Notes: generated from the sequence alone by a model not told the origin. A stretch of DNA of 64,000 nt from Antedon mediterranea (GCF_964355755.1 NC_092670.1:41315609-41379608); one strand, 5' to 3'; positions 48,581-61,900 are shown, numbered from the stretch's first letter. A program made the numbers and translations.

Positions 48581-49226
48581 CTAAGAGAGAATCCCATGAA
48601 AGCGTAATTTAAGGCCGTTTTATTCAGATTTAAGGGTAGCCAACTTTTTGAAATTTTTTTGGCACATAAATAAAATACTGTGTGCAAAAGAAATTGCACG
48701 AGGTCCGATGCGATGAATGTGCGCAAATCCTTTTTATCAACTTTAAAAATGAAGTGGCCCTTAAAGTTCAATATGCCTATATGTTAGATGTATGAGAGCA
48801 GTTGATTGTGGACAAAATCAGCTCCCGTTTTTTTAATGTTATTTGACACCTTTTGGACTTTTATTGGGATCTGGATTTACTAGTAATGAGCAAGGAACTC
48901 AAATAAAGGAAAGTAAAACTTTTTTTTATTACAGAAAATTACTAGATTCAAGTGATTAAGACCTTCTACACCTAGGCCCACGGATAGACAAAGCTTGTAC
49001 CATAAGGGCTATTCAATTAGGGTTAGGACAATAATACCGCGTCTCTTCGGCCTTTAAATCAGCCAATCAGAGCGAAGCGTTGTTGTGCTAGGCAACACAT
49101 CACTATTCATTCATATGCAAATACACAAGCAAGCACAATAGCGTTAGGGCAAACAAACCAAATAATAAGAAAGGAAAAAGGTGTGCAGTCGCCGTTGGGA
49201 GAAATCCGGGAATATATAGATCATGG

Positions 49227-49259
<33 letters not shown>

Positions 49260-49376
49260 GATAATGATAATGATAATGATAATGATAATGATAATTATAA
49301 TGATAATGATGATGATAATGATAATGATAATGATGATGATGATGATGATGATGATGACGACGACGACGACGACGAC
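49227..49376. repeat. Compound microsatellite (ATA)n-(ATGATA)n-(ATG)n-(ACG)n
   Basis: Directly visible in the sequence. Confidence 0.97.
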
Positions 49377-49800
49377 AGGTAGCGCGTTCTAGATCCGCGG
49401 AGCGGCGAGAGAAAACGCATTTATTGTCACCAGATTTCCGATTAGATCGTGGAACGAAAAGTCGGGTGGGATCCTTAGAGGAGCGAAGTCGACACCTTTA
49501 ATTAAATGAAAGCTGGTCACCAAAACTAGGTGACCAAACAAAGGAGCTGGATACACATTTGCCTTGCCACAGACAACCAGGTGCTCAGAGACAACAACCA
49601 AGACAGAGGCACCCCAAAGATAATGCTGCTGGCCTGGAAAAAGTATACTAAACAATTCTAAGTCCAAAACTTTAAGAGACTTCATGATTTCCATATGCCT
49701 TAATGAATAAATGTGTTTTTTAATAATGTTTAAAAGTATCAACAGTTTTGCAAAATCTTATATAGAGCTCGGTAGATCATTCCATAGACGAAGAGAAGAT
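49227..49800 (-). mobile_element. Probable 3' fragment of an L2-like LINE with microsatellite tail
   Basis: Minus strand ~49800-49710 gives SSLRLWNDLPSSI / RFCKTVDTFK...KTH (frameshifted LINE ORF2 C-terminus). A 3'UTR follows, ending CGCGCTAC before the microsatellite. Confidence 0.55.
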
Positions 49801-49874
49801 CAATATAACCTTTAAAGTGTACGTATCATATTTATGATTTATTATGAAAAAAAAAGTTGATTAGTCATCATTAA

Positions 49875-50198
49875 AGATGTATTGTTCTCCTAAAACATGA
49901 AAAATGAAGGTTCATTAAATCAGACTTTGAATAGGTTATTTTGTAGTTTTAATAAAGTTAATAACCTCCATAGAAAAAACACGAAAAAATTATGTTTTCA
50001 AATAGAAAAGAAAAGACAAAAAACCCATTGGCTGGTGGCCAATTTGACTATTTTTTGCTTTAAATACCAGTTTTTCAGGTAAATACATTTTTTTCAATCC
50101 AGTTTTTGGTCAAAGTGGATAACTATTATGGGACATTAAAATGGCATATTTAACAACAAACATTTGAAGAATTATTTTTTTAAGGGGACAATACATCA
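49875..50198. mobile_element. Kolobok-like non-autonomous DNA element (copy 2)
   Basis: TTAA|AGATGTATTGT...ACAATACATCA|TTAA, i.e. a TIR plus TTAA TSD. Homologous to 9026-9305. Confidence 0.72.
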
Positions 50199-51132
50199 TT
50201 AATTGCATATTAAATTAAACAAATATGATTAATTGCGGTATGTAATAATCTATCTACACCAAAGTGGTCACTACATAGTAAATACACAATTGTTTCCTAA
50301 ACTTTTATTCAGGTTTCTATATAGCTCGGTGGTCTGATGCGTCTATAAAAATCAATTAGTTCCGAGAAGTTCCGAGTAGTTCCTAGAAGTTCCGGAACTT
50401 CCGGAACTACTCGGAAATACTTGGAAATACTCGGAACTACTCGGAACTTCTAGGAACTATTCGGAACTACTCGGAACTACTCAGAACTTCTGGGAACTAC
50501 TCGGAACTATTTGGAACTTCTCGGAACTTCTCGGAACTACTCGGAACTACTCAGAACTACTCGGAACTACTCGGAACTACTCGGAACTACTCGGAAATAC
50601 TCGGAACTTCTTCAAACTTCTCTGAACTTCTCGGAACTACTCGGAACTACTCAGAACTACTCGGAACTTCTCGGAACTTATCGGAACTTCTCGGAACTAT
50701 TCAAAACTTCTCGGAACTACTCGGAACTACTTGTCAATATTCGGAACTACTCGGAACTACTCGGAAATACTCGGCATTACTCGGAACTTCTCAGAACTTC
50801 TGGGAACTTCTCGGTACTCCTCGGTACTTCTTGGAACTTCTCGGAACTTCTCGGAACTACTCGGAACTACTCGGAACTACTCGGAACTACTCGGGACTAC
50901 ACGGGACTACTCGGAACTACTCAGAACTACTCGGAAATATTCGGAACTACTCGGAATAACTCGGAACTACTCGGAACTACTCGGAACTACTTGGAATTTC
51001 TTGGAACTTCTCGGAACTTCTCGGAACTACTCGATACTACTCGGAACTACTCGGGACTACTCGGAACTACTCAGAACTACTCGGAAAGACTCGGAACTAC
51101 TCGGGACTACTCGGAACTACTTGAAATTACTC

Positions 51133-51497
51133 TTTTGCACGTACCGATACTTTAAAATATTCGTCTATCAACAATTTTCCTGTTATATGGTCATCATTAC
51201 CCTCCATAATCAAAGATCAAGCAGTTACTCTTCCTTTGAAAAATTTCCTGTCGAAATTGAAAAAATATCTGCTTGATCAACGGTAAATTAATTTTAATTG
51301 TATAGGTGTATTTTAAATTGTGTCACACAGTAACACAAATTAATTAAATTTTTTATATATTCTGTATATTTTATATTCATTTTTAAATTGTATTAAGTTG
51401 TATGTTACAGGGGTTGCGGACACAAATGTGTTATGGCGCTCTGTTGCTGTCGCAACCCCTGAACCGCTTGTTGTCGAATAAAGAAATGAAAGGAAAT
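51133..51497 (+). mobile_element. 5'-truncated LINE 3' end (CR1-group-like)
   Basis: Encodes FARTDTLKYSSINNFPVIWSSLPSIIK (LINE ORF2 C-terminus pattern). Has a 3' stem CAGGGGTTGCG/CGCAACCCCTG (51408-51461), AATAAA at 51477 and a GAAAT-like tail. Confidence 0.68.
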
Positions 51498-52598
51498 TAG
51501 AACTTCTCGGAACTTCTCGGAACTACTCGGAACTACTCGGAACTACTCGGAACTACTCGGAACTTCTCGGAACTACTCGGAACTACTCGGAATTACTCAT
51601 CAATATTTGGAACTACTCGGAAATACTCGGAACTAATCAGAAATACTCGGAAACACAGGGAAATACTCGGAACTGATCGAAACTACTCGGAACTACTCGT
51701 CAATATTCGGAACTACTCGGAACTACTCGGAACTACTCGGAAAAACTCGGAAATACTCGGAACTTATCGGAACTACCTGGAACTTCTCGGAACTATTCGG
51801 ATCTACTCGGAACTACTCGTCAATATTCGGAACTACTTGGAACTACTCGGAACTATTCGAAACTTTTCAAAACTACTCGGAACTACTCGTCAATATTCGG
51901 AACTACTCGGAACTATTAAGAACTACTCGGAAATACTCGGAAATACTCAGAATTTATCGGAACTACTCGGAACTACTCGTCAATATTCGGAACTACTAGG
52001 AACTACTCGGAAATACTCTGAACTTATCGGAACTACTCGGAACTTCTCGGAACTATTCGGAACTACTCGGAACTACTCGGAACTACTCGGAACTATTTGG
52101 AACTTCTCGGAACTTCTCGGAACTACTCGGAACTACTCGGAACTACTAGGAACTACTCAGGACTACTCGGGACTACTCGGAACTACTCGGAACTTCTTGG
52201 AACTTCTTGGAACTACTCGGAACTACTCGGAACTACTCGGAACTACTCGGAACTACTCGGAACTACTCGGAACTACTCGGAACTACTCGGAACTACTCGG
52301 AACTTCTCGGAACTACTCGAAACTTATCGGAACTACTCGTCAATATTTGTTACTACTCGGAACTACTCGGAACTACTCGGAAATACTCGGAACTACTCAG
52401 AACTTATCGGAACTTCTCGGAACTTCTCGGAACTACTCGGAACTACTCGGAAGTACTCGGAACTACTTGGAACTACTCGGAACTACTCGGAAATACTCGG
52501 AACTACTCGGAACTACTCGGATTTACTCGGAACTACTCGGAACTACTAGGAAATACTCGGAAATACTCGGAAATACTTGGAAATACTCGGAACTACTC

Positions 52599-54537
52599 AA
52601 GGATACAAGGATACAAGGATACAAGGATACAAGGATACAAGGAAACTTTATTCATCCCAACTTGGGAAATTGTGTTGCTGTCTTATAACAATGCCGTAAA
52701 GAAAAGAGAAATGATAGGCATAAAACATAAGTGTGATAAAAATATAACAAAAATGGTGTATTCGTAATAAATTCCCCTATCTTTGAAATCTTTCATTATA
52801 GTCTCGTATGCCCATTGGGAGGAAGGAGAGACGATGGCGTTCAGTGGATCCCCGTGGCGGCCTCAGTCTACCACTACGTTCCATAAGGCAGTCGGCAATG
52901 TCCGAGTTAAGAGGATGACTAACATCATTCCATATCACTCTAAACATATTGCGCAACCGTTCATGATAGACCGAGTCCACCACAGGTAATTCACATCCAA
53001 CCATCCTCCCTGCCCTCCTCACCAACCTGTCTATTCTATCCCTATCTCCCCTACCAACATTCCCACCCCAACCCACCAGACAATATCCCCAAACAGAACT
53101 AATCACTGACAAATAAAACATACGAAGGATATGGCTATCGACATTAAATGAGCGTAGTTTACGTAGGCAGTACATTCGTGAATTTAGTTTCTTTATAATG
53201 TAATTTATGTGTTCCCCCCAGGACAGATATTCATCAAAAACCACCCCCAAATACTTAAAACTAGATATTTAGCATTCTTTATTAGCACGTCTTTAGCCTC
53301 AACCCTCTTTTTAGTCAGGAAATCTATCACCATCTCTTTGGTTTTTGAGACGTTCAATTCCAAATAATTTAAATCACAATATTCTACAAATCGTTTAATT
53401 TCTGAAATATACTGAGAAGCATCATCCCCCCTGATTAACTCAATGAGAGCAGTGTCGTCAGCGAATTTAATAGCAGGACAGGAGGTTTGGTCATTAGATC
53501 TAAAGTCAGCGGTATAGACTGAAAATAAAAATGGAGTCAACACCGTACCCTGGGGTGCGCCTGTGTTTGTACAAATTAAATCCGAGATGGCTCCTGTACT
53601 TAATTTAACATATTGACTACGATTTACTAGAAAATTATATATAAAGAATATTAGTGAGCGCGGGAGTTCCATATTAAACAATTTATTAATTAGAAGGTGA
53701 GGTTGAATAGCGGAGCTAAAGTCATAATACATGATTCTCACAGAGTGACCGAATTTAGCTACGCCTTCAAGATGAGAGTATATCTTTTCGAGTTTAAGCA
53801 ATATAGCATCTTCGGTGTTTCGTGAACTTCTGTACGCGAATTGCAGAGGGTCTAAATATTGGGAGATTAACGGCTTTAACTTATTGAGGACAATCCTTTC
53901 ACACACTTTCATAACAACAGAGGTTAAAACAATTGGTCTGAGGTCGTTCTTTTTCGGGACAGGAACTATACATGATTTTTTCCAAATGTCGGGCAGTAAA
54001 TGATTTAAGAAACAAACATTAAAAATGGTAGTAAAAATTCCAGCTAACTGTGAGGAACATGTTTTAATAACTTTTGATAAGATAAAGTCCGGGCCAGTTG
54101 CTTTAGAAGGTTTCTGGCGGGAAAAATATCTCCTCACTTCTGCTACATCAGTTTGGAACTCGTATGCACAGGCGTCGTGATCTGATCGTAGGGTGTCCTC
54201 GATAACCTTCTGTTCAGATGCAAAATCATATTTGTCAAACCTGTTGTAGAAGTTGTTAAGTTCATTTGCGTGTTGTTCGTTCATATTACTATTTGTTACG
54301 TCCGGCTTTGATACGCTTGAGTAACCACTCATTTGTCGCATGCCTTTCCAAACTTTGTTTGAGTCGTTACCACCGAGATTATTTTCAATTTTCTTCTTAT
54401 ATATACGTTTCTGTTCCTTTATTTCACGTTTAAGTTCATGTTGGATGATTTTAAGTTGATCTTTATCACCGCTTTTGAACGCGATTTTTTTTCCTATTGA
54501 TGATTGCTTTAACACTCGAAGTGATCCATGGCTTGTT
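52599..54537 (-). mobile_element. 5'-truncated Rex1/Babar-like non-LTR retrotransposon (frameshifted RT)
   Basis: ORFs 54515-53205 and 53250-52777 carry RT motifs KATGPD, DLRPIVLTS, LDPLQFAYR, DFSSA, GAPQGTVL, KFADD, LNVSKTKEM, RMYCLRKLRSF and WGGN. The 3' end is AATTTCCCAAGTTGGGATGAATAAAG plus a (CTTGTATC)n tail at 52642-52599. Confidence 0.92.
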
Positions 54538-55547
54538 ACTCGGAACTACTCGGAACTACTCAGAACAAATCGGAACTACTCGGAACTACTCGGAATTACT
54601 CGAAACATCTCGGAACTTCTCGCCACTACTCGGAACTACTCGGAACCACGGAACTACTCGGAACTACTCGGAACTACTCGGAACTACTCGGAAATACTCG
54701 GAACTACTCGGAAATACTCGGAACTACTTGAAAATCCTCGGAAATATTCGGAAATACTCGGACCTTCTCGGAACTTCTCGGAACTACTCGGAACTACTCG
54801 GAACTACTCGGAACTACTGGGAACTACTCGGAACTACTCGGAACTACTCGGAAGTATTTGGAACTACTCGGAACTACTAGGAAAAACTCGGAAATACTCG
54901 GAAATACTCGGAAATACTCGGAACTACTCGGAACTACTCGGAACTACTCGGAACTACTCGGAACTACTCTGAACAAATCGGAACTACTTGGAACTACTCG
55001 GAATTACTCGAAATATCTTGGAACTTCTCGCCACTACTCGGAACTACTCGGAACTACTCGGAACTACTCGGAAATACTCGAAAATACTCGGAAATACTCA
55101 GAACTACTCGGAACTACTCGGAAATACTCGAAAATACTCGGAAATATTCGGAAATACTCGGAAATTATCGGAACTACACGGAACTACTCGTCAATATTCG
55201 GAACTACTCGGAACTACACGGAAATACTCGGAACTACTCGGAACTTATCGAAACTAATCGGAACTACTCGGAACTTCTCGGAATTACTCGGAATTACTCG
55301 TCAATATTCGAAACAACTCGGAACTACTCGGAGCTACTCGGAGCTACTCGGAAATACTCGGAAATACTCGGAAATACTCTGAACTTATCGGAACTTATCG
55401 GAACTTCTCGGGAAGTACTCGGAACTACTCGGAACTACTCGGGACTACTAAAAAATACTCGGAACTACTCGTCACTACTCGGAAATACTCGTAACTACTC
55501 GGAACTTATCCGAACTTCTCGGAACTTTTCGGAAATACTCGGAACTA

Positions 55548-57740
55548 TCTAGACTGTCTGTCTGAACTATCTGGGTGTCTGAACTGTCTAGACTGTCTGT
55601 CTGTCTGAACTTTCTAGACTGTCTGTCTATCTGTCTGTCTGAACTGTCTAGACTGTCCGTCTGTCTAGACTGTCTGTCTGTCTGAACTGTCTAGACTGTC
55701 TGTCTGTCTTGATAGTCTGTAAGCCTAGACTGTCTGTCTGTCTACACTGTCTGTCTGAACTGTCTGTCTGTCTTGACTGTCTGTCTGTCTGAACTGTCTA
55801 GAATGTCTGTCTGTCTAGACTGTCTGTCTGTCTAGATAGTCTGTCTGTCTGAACTGTCTAGACTGACTGTCTGTCTGTCTAGACTGTATGCCTGTCTGAA
55901 CTGTCTAGACTGTCTGTCTGTCTAGACAGTCTGTCTGTCTGAACTGTCTAGACTGTCTGTCTGTCTGTCTAGACTGTCTGTCTGAACTGTCTAGGGTGTC
56001 TGTCTGTCTAGATTGTCTGTCTGTCTGAACTGTCTAGACTGTCTGTCTAGACTGTCTGTCTGCCTAGATAGTCTGTAAGCCTAGACTGTCTGTCTGTCTA
56101 CACTGTCTGTCTGAACTGTCTGTCTGTCTTGACTGTCTGTCTGTCTGAACTGTCTAGAATGTCTGTCTGTCTAGACTGTCTGTCTGTCTAGATAGTCTGT
56201 CTGTCTGAACTGTCTAGACTGACTGTCTGTCTGTCTAGACTGTATGCCTGTCTGAACTGTCTAGACTGTCTGTCTGTCTAGACAGTCTGTCTGTCTGAAC
56301 TGTCTAGACTGTCTGTCTGTCTGTCTAGACTGTCTGTCTGAACTGTCTAGGGTGTCTGTCTGTCTAGATTGTCTGTCTGTCTGAACTGTCTAGACTGTCT
56401 GTCTAGACTGTCTGTCTGCCTGTCTGAACTGTCTAGACTGTCTGTCTGAACTGTCTAGACTGTCTGAACTGTCTAGACTGTCTGTCTGTCTGAACTGTCT
56501 AGACTGTCTGTCTGTCTAGACTGTCAGTCTGAACTGTCTAGACTGTCTGTCTGTCTGAACTGTCTAGACTGTCTGTCTGTCTAGACTGTCAGTCTGAACT
56601 GTCTAGGGTATCTGTCTGTCTAGACTGTCTGTCTGTCAGAACTGTCTAGACTGTCTGTCTGTCTGAACTGTCTAGGCTGTCTGTCTTTCTGTCTGTCTAG
56701 ATAGTCTGTCTGTCTAGACTGCCTGTCTGAACTGTCTGTCTGTCTAGACTGTCTGTCTGTCTGAACTGTCTGTCTTTCTAGACTGTCTGTCTGTCTTAAC
56801 TGTCTAGACTATCTGTCTGTCTGATCTGTCTAGAATGTCTGTCTGTCTAGACTGTCTGTCTGTCTGAACTGTTTAGACTGTCTGTCTGTCTCGATAGTCT
56901 GTCTGTCTGAACTGTCTTGACTGTCTGTCTGTCTAGACTGTCTGTCTTAACTGTCTAGGGTGTCTGTACTGTCTATACTGTCTGTCTGTCTAGACTGTCT
57001 AGACTGTCTGTTTGTCTAGACTGTCTGTTTGTCTAGACTGTCTGTCTGTGTGAACTGTCTAGACTGTCTGTCTAGATAGAAAGTCTGTCTGTCTAGACTG
57101 TCTGTCTGTCTAGATAGTCTGTCTGTCTGAACGGTCTAGACTGACTGTCTGTCTGTCTCTCTGTCTGAACTGTCTAGACTGTCTGTCTGTCTAGATAGTC
57201 TGTCTGTCTGAACTGTCTAGACTGTCTGTCTGTCTATCTAGACTGTCTGTCTTAACTGTCTAGGGTGTCTGTCTTTCTGTCTGTCTAGATAGTCTGTCTG
57301 AACTGTCTGTCTGTCTAGACTGTCTGTCTGTCTGAACTGTCTGTCTAGACTGTCTGTCTGTCTTAACTGTCTAGAATGTCTGTCTGTCTAGACTTTTTTG
57401 TATGTCTGAACTGTCTAGACTGTCTGTCTGTCTAGATAGTCTGTCTGTCTGAACGGTCTAGACTGACTGTCTGTCTGTCTGTCTCTCTGTCTGAACTGTC
57501 TAGACTGTCTGTCTAGATAGTCTGTCTGTCTGAACTGTCTAGACTTGTCTGTCTGTCTATCTAGACTGTCTGTCTTAACTGTCTAGGGTGTCTGAACTGT
57601 CTAGACTGTGTGTCTGTCTGTCTAGACTGTCTGTCTGTCTAGGGTGTCTGAACTGACAGTCTAGACTGTCTGTCTGTTTGAACTGTCTAGACTTTCTGTC
57701 TGTCTAGACTGTCTGTATGAACTGTCTTGGGTGTCTGTCT
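55548..57740. repeat. TCTG-based complex satellite
   Basis: Mosaic of TCTG, CTAGACTG and GAACTG modules, with an internal ~356-bp duplication (AAGCC at 55721 and 56077). Confidence 0.96.
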
Positions 57741-58960
57741 CGTAACTACTCGGAATTACTTGGAAATACTCGGAACCTATCGGAACTTCTCGGAATTACT
57801 CGGAACTACTTGGAACTACTCGTCAGTATTCCGAACTACTCGGAACTACTCGGAATTACTTGGAAATACTCGGAACCTATCGGAACTTCTCGGAATTACT
57901 CGGAACTACTTGGAACTACTCGTCAGTATTCCGAACTACTCGGAACTACTCGGAACTACTTGGAAATACTCGGAACCTATTGGAACTTCTCGGAACTTCT
58001 CGGAACTACTTGGAACTACTCGGAACTACTCGGAACTACTCGGGACTACTCAGAACTACATGGAACTACTCGGAACCACTAGGAACCACTAGTAACCACT
58101 CAGAACCACTCAGAACCACTCGAAACCATTCGGAACCACTCGGAACCACTCGGAACCACTCGGAACCACTCGGAACTACTCGGAACTAATCGGGACTCCT
58201 CGGAACTTCTAGGAACTCCTCTGAACTTCTAGGAACTCCTCGGAACTACTTGGAACTACTCGGAACTACTCGGAAATTCTCGGAAATACTCGGAAGTTAT
58301 CGGAACTACTGGGAACTACTCGGAACTATTCGGAACTACACGGAACTACTCAAAACTACTCAGAAATTCTCGGAACTACTCGGAAATACTCGGAACTTCT
58401 CGGAACTACTCGGAAATACTCGGAACTACCAGGAACTTATCAGAACTTCTCGGAACTTCTCGTAACCACTTGTAACTTCTCTGAACTTCTCGGAAATACT
58501 CGGAACTACTCGGAACTTCTCAGGACTTCTCGGAACTACTCGATACTAATTGGAACTATTCTTAGCTACTCGTAACTTCTCGTAACTACTCGTAACTTCT
58601 CGGAACTTCTCTATACTACTTGGAATTACACGAGTATTACTCGGAACTACTCGGAACTACTCCGAAATATTTGGAACTACTCGGAACTTCTCGGAACTAC
58701 TTGGAAATACGCGGAACTACTCGGAAGTACTCGGAACAACTCGGAACTACTCGGAACTACTCTTAACTACTCGGGAACTACTCAGGAACTACTCCGGAAC
58801 TACTCGGGAACTACTCGTGAACTTTTCGCCACTAGTTGCCACTAGTCGTCACTATTCGTCACTACTAGGAACTACTGGGGACTTCTCGGAACTACCCGGA
58901 ACTATTCGGAACTACTCGGAACTACTCGGAACTACTCGGGACTACTTGGGACTTCTCGGA

Positions 58961-61900
58961 TTAGGGTTAGGGTTAGGGTTAGGGTTAGGGTTAGGGTTAG
59001 GGTTAGGGTTAGGGTTAGGGTGTTAGGGTTAGGGTGTTAGGGTTAGGGTTAGGGTTAGGGTTAGGGTTAGGGTTAGGGTTAGGGTTAGGGTTAGGGTTAG
59101 GGTTAGGGTTAGGGTTAGGGTTAGGGGTTAGGGTTAGGGTTAGGGGTTAGGGTTAGGGTTAGGGTTAGGGTTAGGGTTAGGGTTAGGGTTAGGGTTAGGG
59201 TTAGGGTTAGGGTTAGGGTTAGGGTTAGGGTTAGGGTTAGGGTTAGGGTTAGGGTTAGGGTTAGGGTTAGGGTTAGGGTTAGGGTTAGGGTTAGGGTTAG
59301 GGTTAGGGTTAGGGTTAGGGTTAGGGTTAGGGTTAGGGTTAGGGTTAGGGTTAGGGTTAGGGTTAGGGTTAGGGTTAGGGTTAGGGTTAGGGTTAGGGTT
59401 AGGGTTAGGGTTAGGGTTAGGGTTAGGGTTAGGGTTAGGGTTAGGGTTAGGGTTAGGGTTAGGGTTAGGGTTAGGGTTAGGGTTAGGGTTAGGGTTAGGG
59501 TTAGGGTTAGGGTTAGGGTTAGGGTTAGGGTTAGGGTTAGGGTTAGGGTTAGGGTTAGGGTTAGGGTTAGGGTTAGGGTTAGGGTTAGGGTTAGGGTTAG
59601 GGTTAGGGTTAGGGTTAGGGTTAGGGTTAGGGTTAGGGTTAGGGTTAGGGTTAGGGTTAGGGTTAGGGTTAGGGTTAGGGTTAGGGTTAGGGTTAGGGTT
59701 AGGGTTAGGGTTAGGGTTAGGGTTAGGGTTAGGGTTAGGGTTAGGGTTAGGGTTAGGGTTAGGGTTAGGGTTAGGGTTAGGGTTAGGGGTTAGGGTTAGG
59801 GTTAGGGTTAGGGTTAGGGTTAGGGTTAGGGTTAGGGTTAGGGTTAGGGTTAGGGGTTAGGGTTAGGGTTAGGGTTAGGGTTAGGGGTTAGGGTTAGGGT
59901 TAGGGTTAGGGTTAGGGTTAGGGTTAGGGTTAGGGTTAGGGTTAGGGTTAGGGTTAGGGTTAGGGTTAGGGTTAGGGTTAGGGTTAGGGTTAGGGTTAGG
60001 GTTAGGGTTAGGGTTAGGGTTAGGGTTAGGGTTAGGGTTAGGGTTAGGGTTAGGGTTAGGGTTAGGGTTAGGGTTAGGGTTAGGGTTAGGGTTAGGGTTA
60101 GGGTTAGGGTTAGGGTTAGGGTTAGGGTTAGGGTTAGGGTTAGGGTTAGGGTTAGGGTTAGGGTTAGGGTTAGGGTTAGGGTTAGGGTTAGGGTTAGGGG
60201 TTAGGGTTAGGGTTAGGGTTAGGGGTTAGGGTTAGGGTTAGGGTTAGGGTTAGGGTTAGGGTTAGGGTTAGGGTTAGGGTTAGGGTTAGGGTTAGGGTTA
60301 GGGTTAGGGTTAGGGTTAGGGTTAGGGTTAGGGTTAGGGTTAGGGTTAGGGTTAGGGTTAGGGTTAGGGTTAGGGTTAGGGTTAGGGTTAGGGTTAGGGT
60401 TAGGGTTAGGGTTAGGGTTAGGGTTAGGGTTAGGGTTAGGGTTAGGGTTAGGGTTAGGGTTAGGGTTAGGGTTAGGGTTAGGGTTAGGGTTAGGGTTAGG
60501 GTTAGGGTTAGGGTTAGGGTTAGGGTTAGGGTTAGGGTTAGGGTTAGGGTTAGGGTTAGGGTTAGGGTTAGGGTTAGGGTTAGGGTTAGGGTTAGGGTTA
60601 GGGTTAGGGTTAGGGTTAGGGTTAGGGTTAGGGTTAGGGTTAGGGTTAGGGTTAGGGTTAGGGTTAGGGTTAGGGTTAGGGTTAGGGTTAGGGTTAGGGT
60701 TAGGGTTAGGGTTAGGGTTAGGGTTAGGGTTAGGGTTAGGGTTAGGGTTAGGGGTTAGGGTTAGGGTTAGGGTTAGGGTTAGGGTTAGGGTTAGGGTTAG
60801 GGTTAGGGTTAGGGTTAGGGTTAGGGTTAGGGTTAGGGTTAGGGTTAGGGTTAGGGTTAGGGTTAGGGTTAGGGTTAGGGTTAGGGTTAGGGTTAGGGTT
60901 AGGGTTAGGGTTAGGGTTAGGGTTAGGGTTAGGGTTAGGGTTAGGGTTAGGGTTAGGGTTAGGGTTAGGGTTAGGGTTAGGGTTAGGGTTAGGGTTAGGG
61001 TTAGGGTTAGGGTTAGGGTTAGGGTTAGGGTTAGGGTTAGGGTTAGGGTTAGGGTTAGGGTTAGGGTTAGGGTTAGGGTTAGGGTTAGGGTTAGGGTTAG
61101 GGTTAGGGTTAGGGTTAGGGTTAGGGTTAGGGTTAGGGTTAGGGTTAGGGTTAGGGTTAGGGTTAGGGTTAGGGTTAGGGTTAGGGGTTAGGGTTAGGGT
61201 TAGGGTTAGGGTTAGGGTTAGGGTTAGGGTTAGGGTTAGGGTTAGGGTTAGGGTTAGGGTTAGGGTTAGGGTTAGGGTTAGGGTTAGGGTTAGGGTTAGG
61301 GTTAGGGTTAGGGTTAGGGTTAGGGTTAGGGTTAGGGTTAGGGTTAGGGTTAGGGTTAGGGTTAGGGTTAGGGTTAGGGTTAGGGTTAGGGTTAGGGTTA
61401 GGGTTAGGGTTAGGGTTAGGGTTAGGGTTAGGGTTAGGGTTAGGGTTAGGGTTAGGGTTAGGGTTAGGGTTAGGGTTAGGGTTAGGGTTAGGGTTAGGGT
61501 TAGGGTTAGGGTTAGGGTTAGGGTTAGGGTTAGGGTTAGGGTTAGGGTTAGGGTTAGGGTTAGGGTTAGGGTTAGGGTTAGGGTTAGGGTTAGGGTTAGG
61601 GTTAGGGTTAGGGTTAGGGTTAGGGTTAGGGTTAGGGTTAGGGTTAGGGTTAGGGTTAGGGTTAGGGTTAGGGTTAGGGTTAGGGTTAGGGTTAGGGTTA
61701 GGGTTAGGGTTAGGGTTAGGGTTAGGGTTAGGGTTAGGGTTAGGGTTAGGGTTAGGGTTAGGGTTAGGGTTAGGGTTAGGGTTAGGGTTAGGGTTAGGGT
61801 TAGGGTTAGGGTTAGGGTTAGGGTTAGGGTTAGGGTTAGGGTTAGGGTTAGGGTTAGGGTTAGGGTTAGGGTTAGGGTTAGGGTTAGGGTTAGGGTTAGG

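Larger units (their letters stand above)
50357..58960. repeat. Subtelomeric 10-bp satellite (TCGGAACTAC)n in four blocks
   Basis: Blocks at ~50357-51132, 51500-52598, 54538-55547 and 57740-58960. All ELLGTTRNYS ORFs derive from it. Confidence 0.98.

Noticed and set aside
50511-59026. Long ELLGTTRNYS-repeat ORFs and the GLGLGL ORF
   Set aside because: These are translations of the stop-poor 10-bp satellite and the telomere, open in several frames at once.
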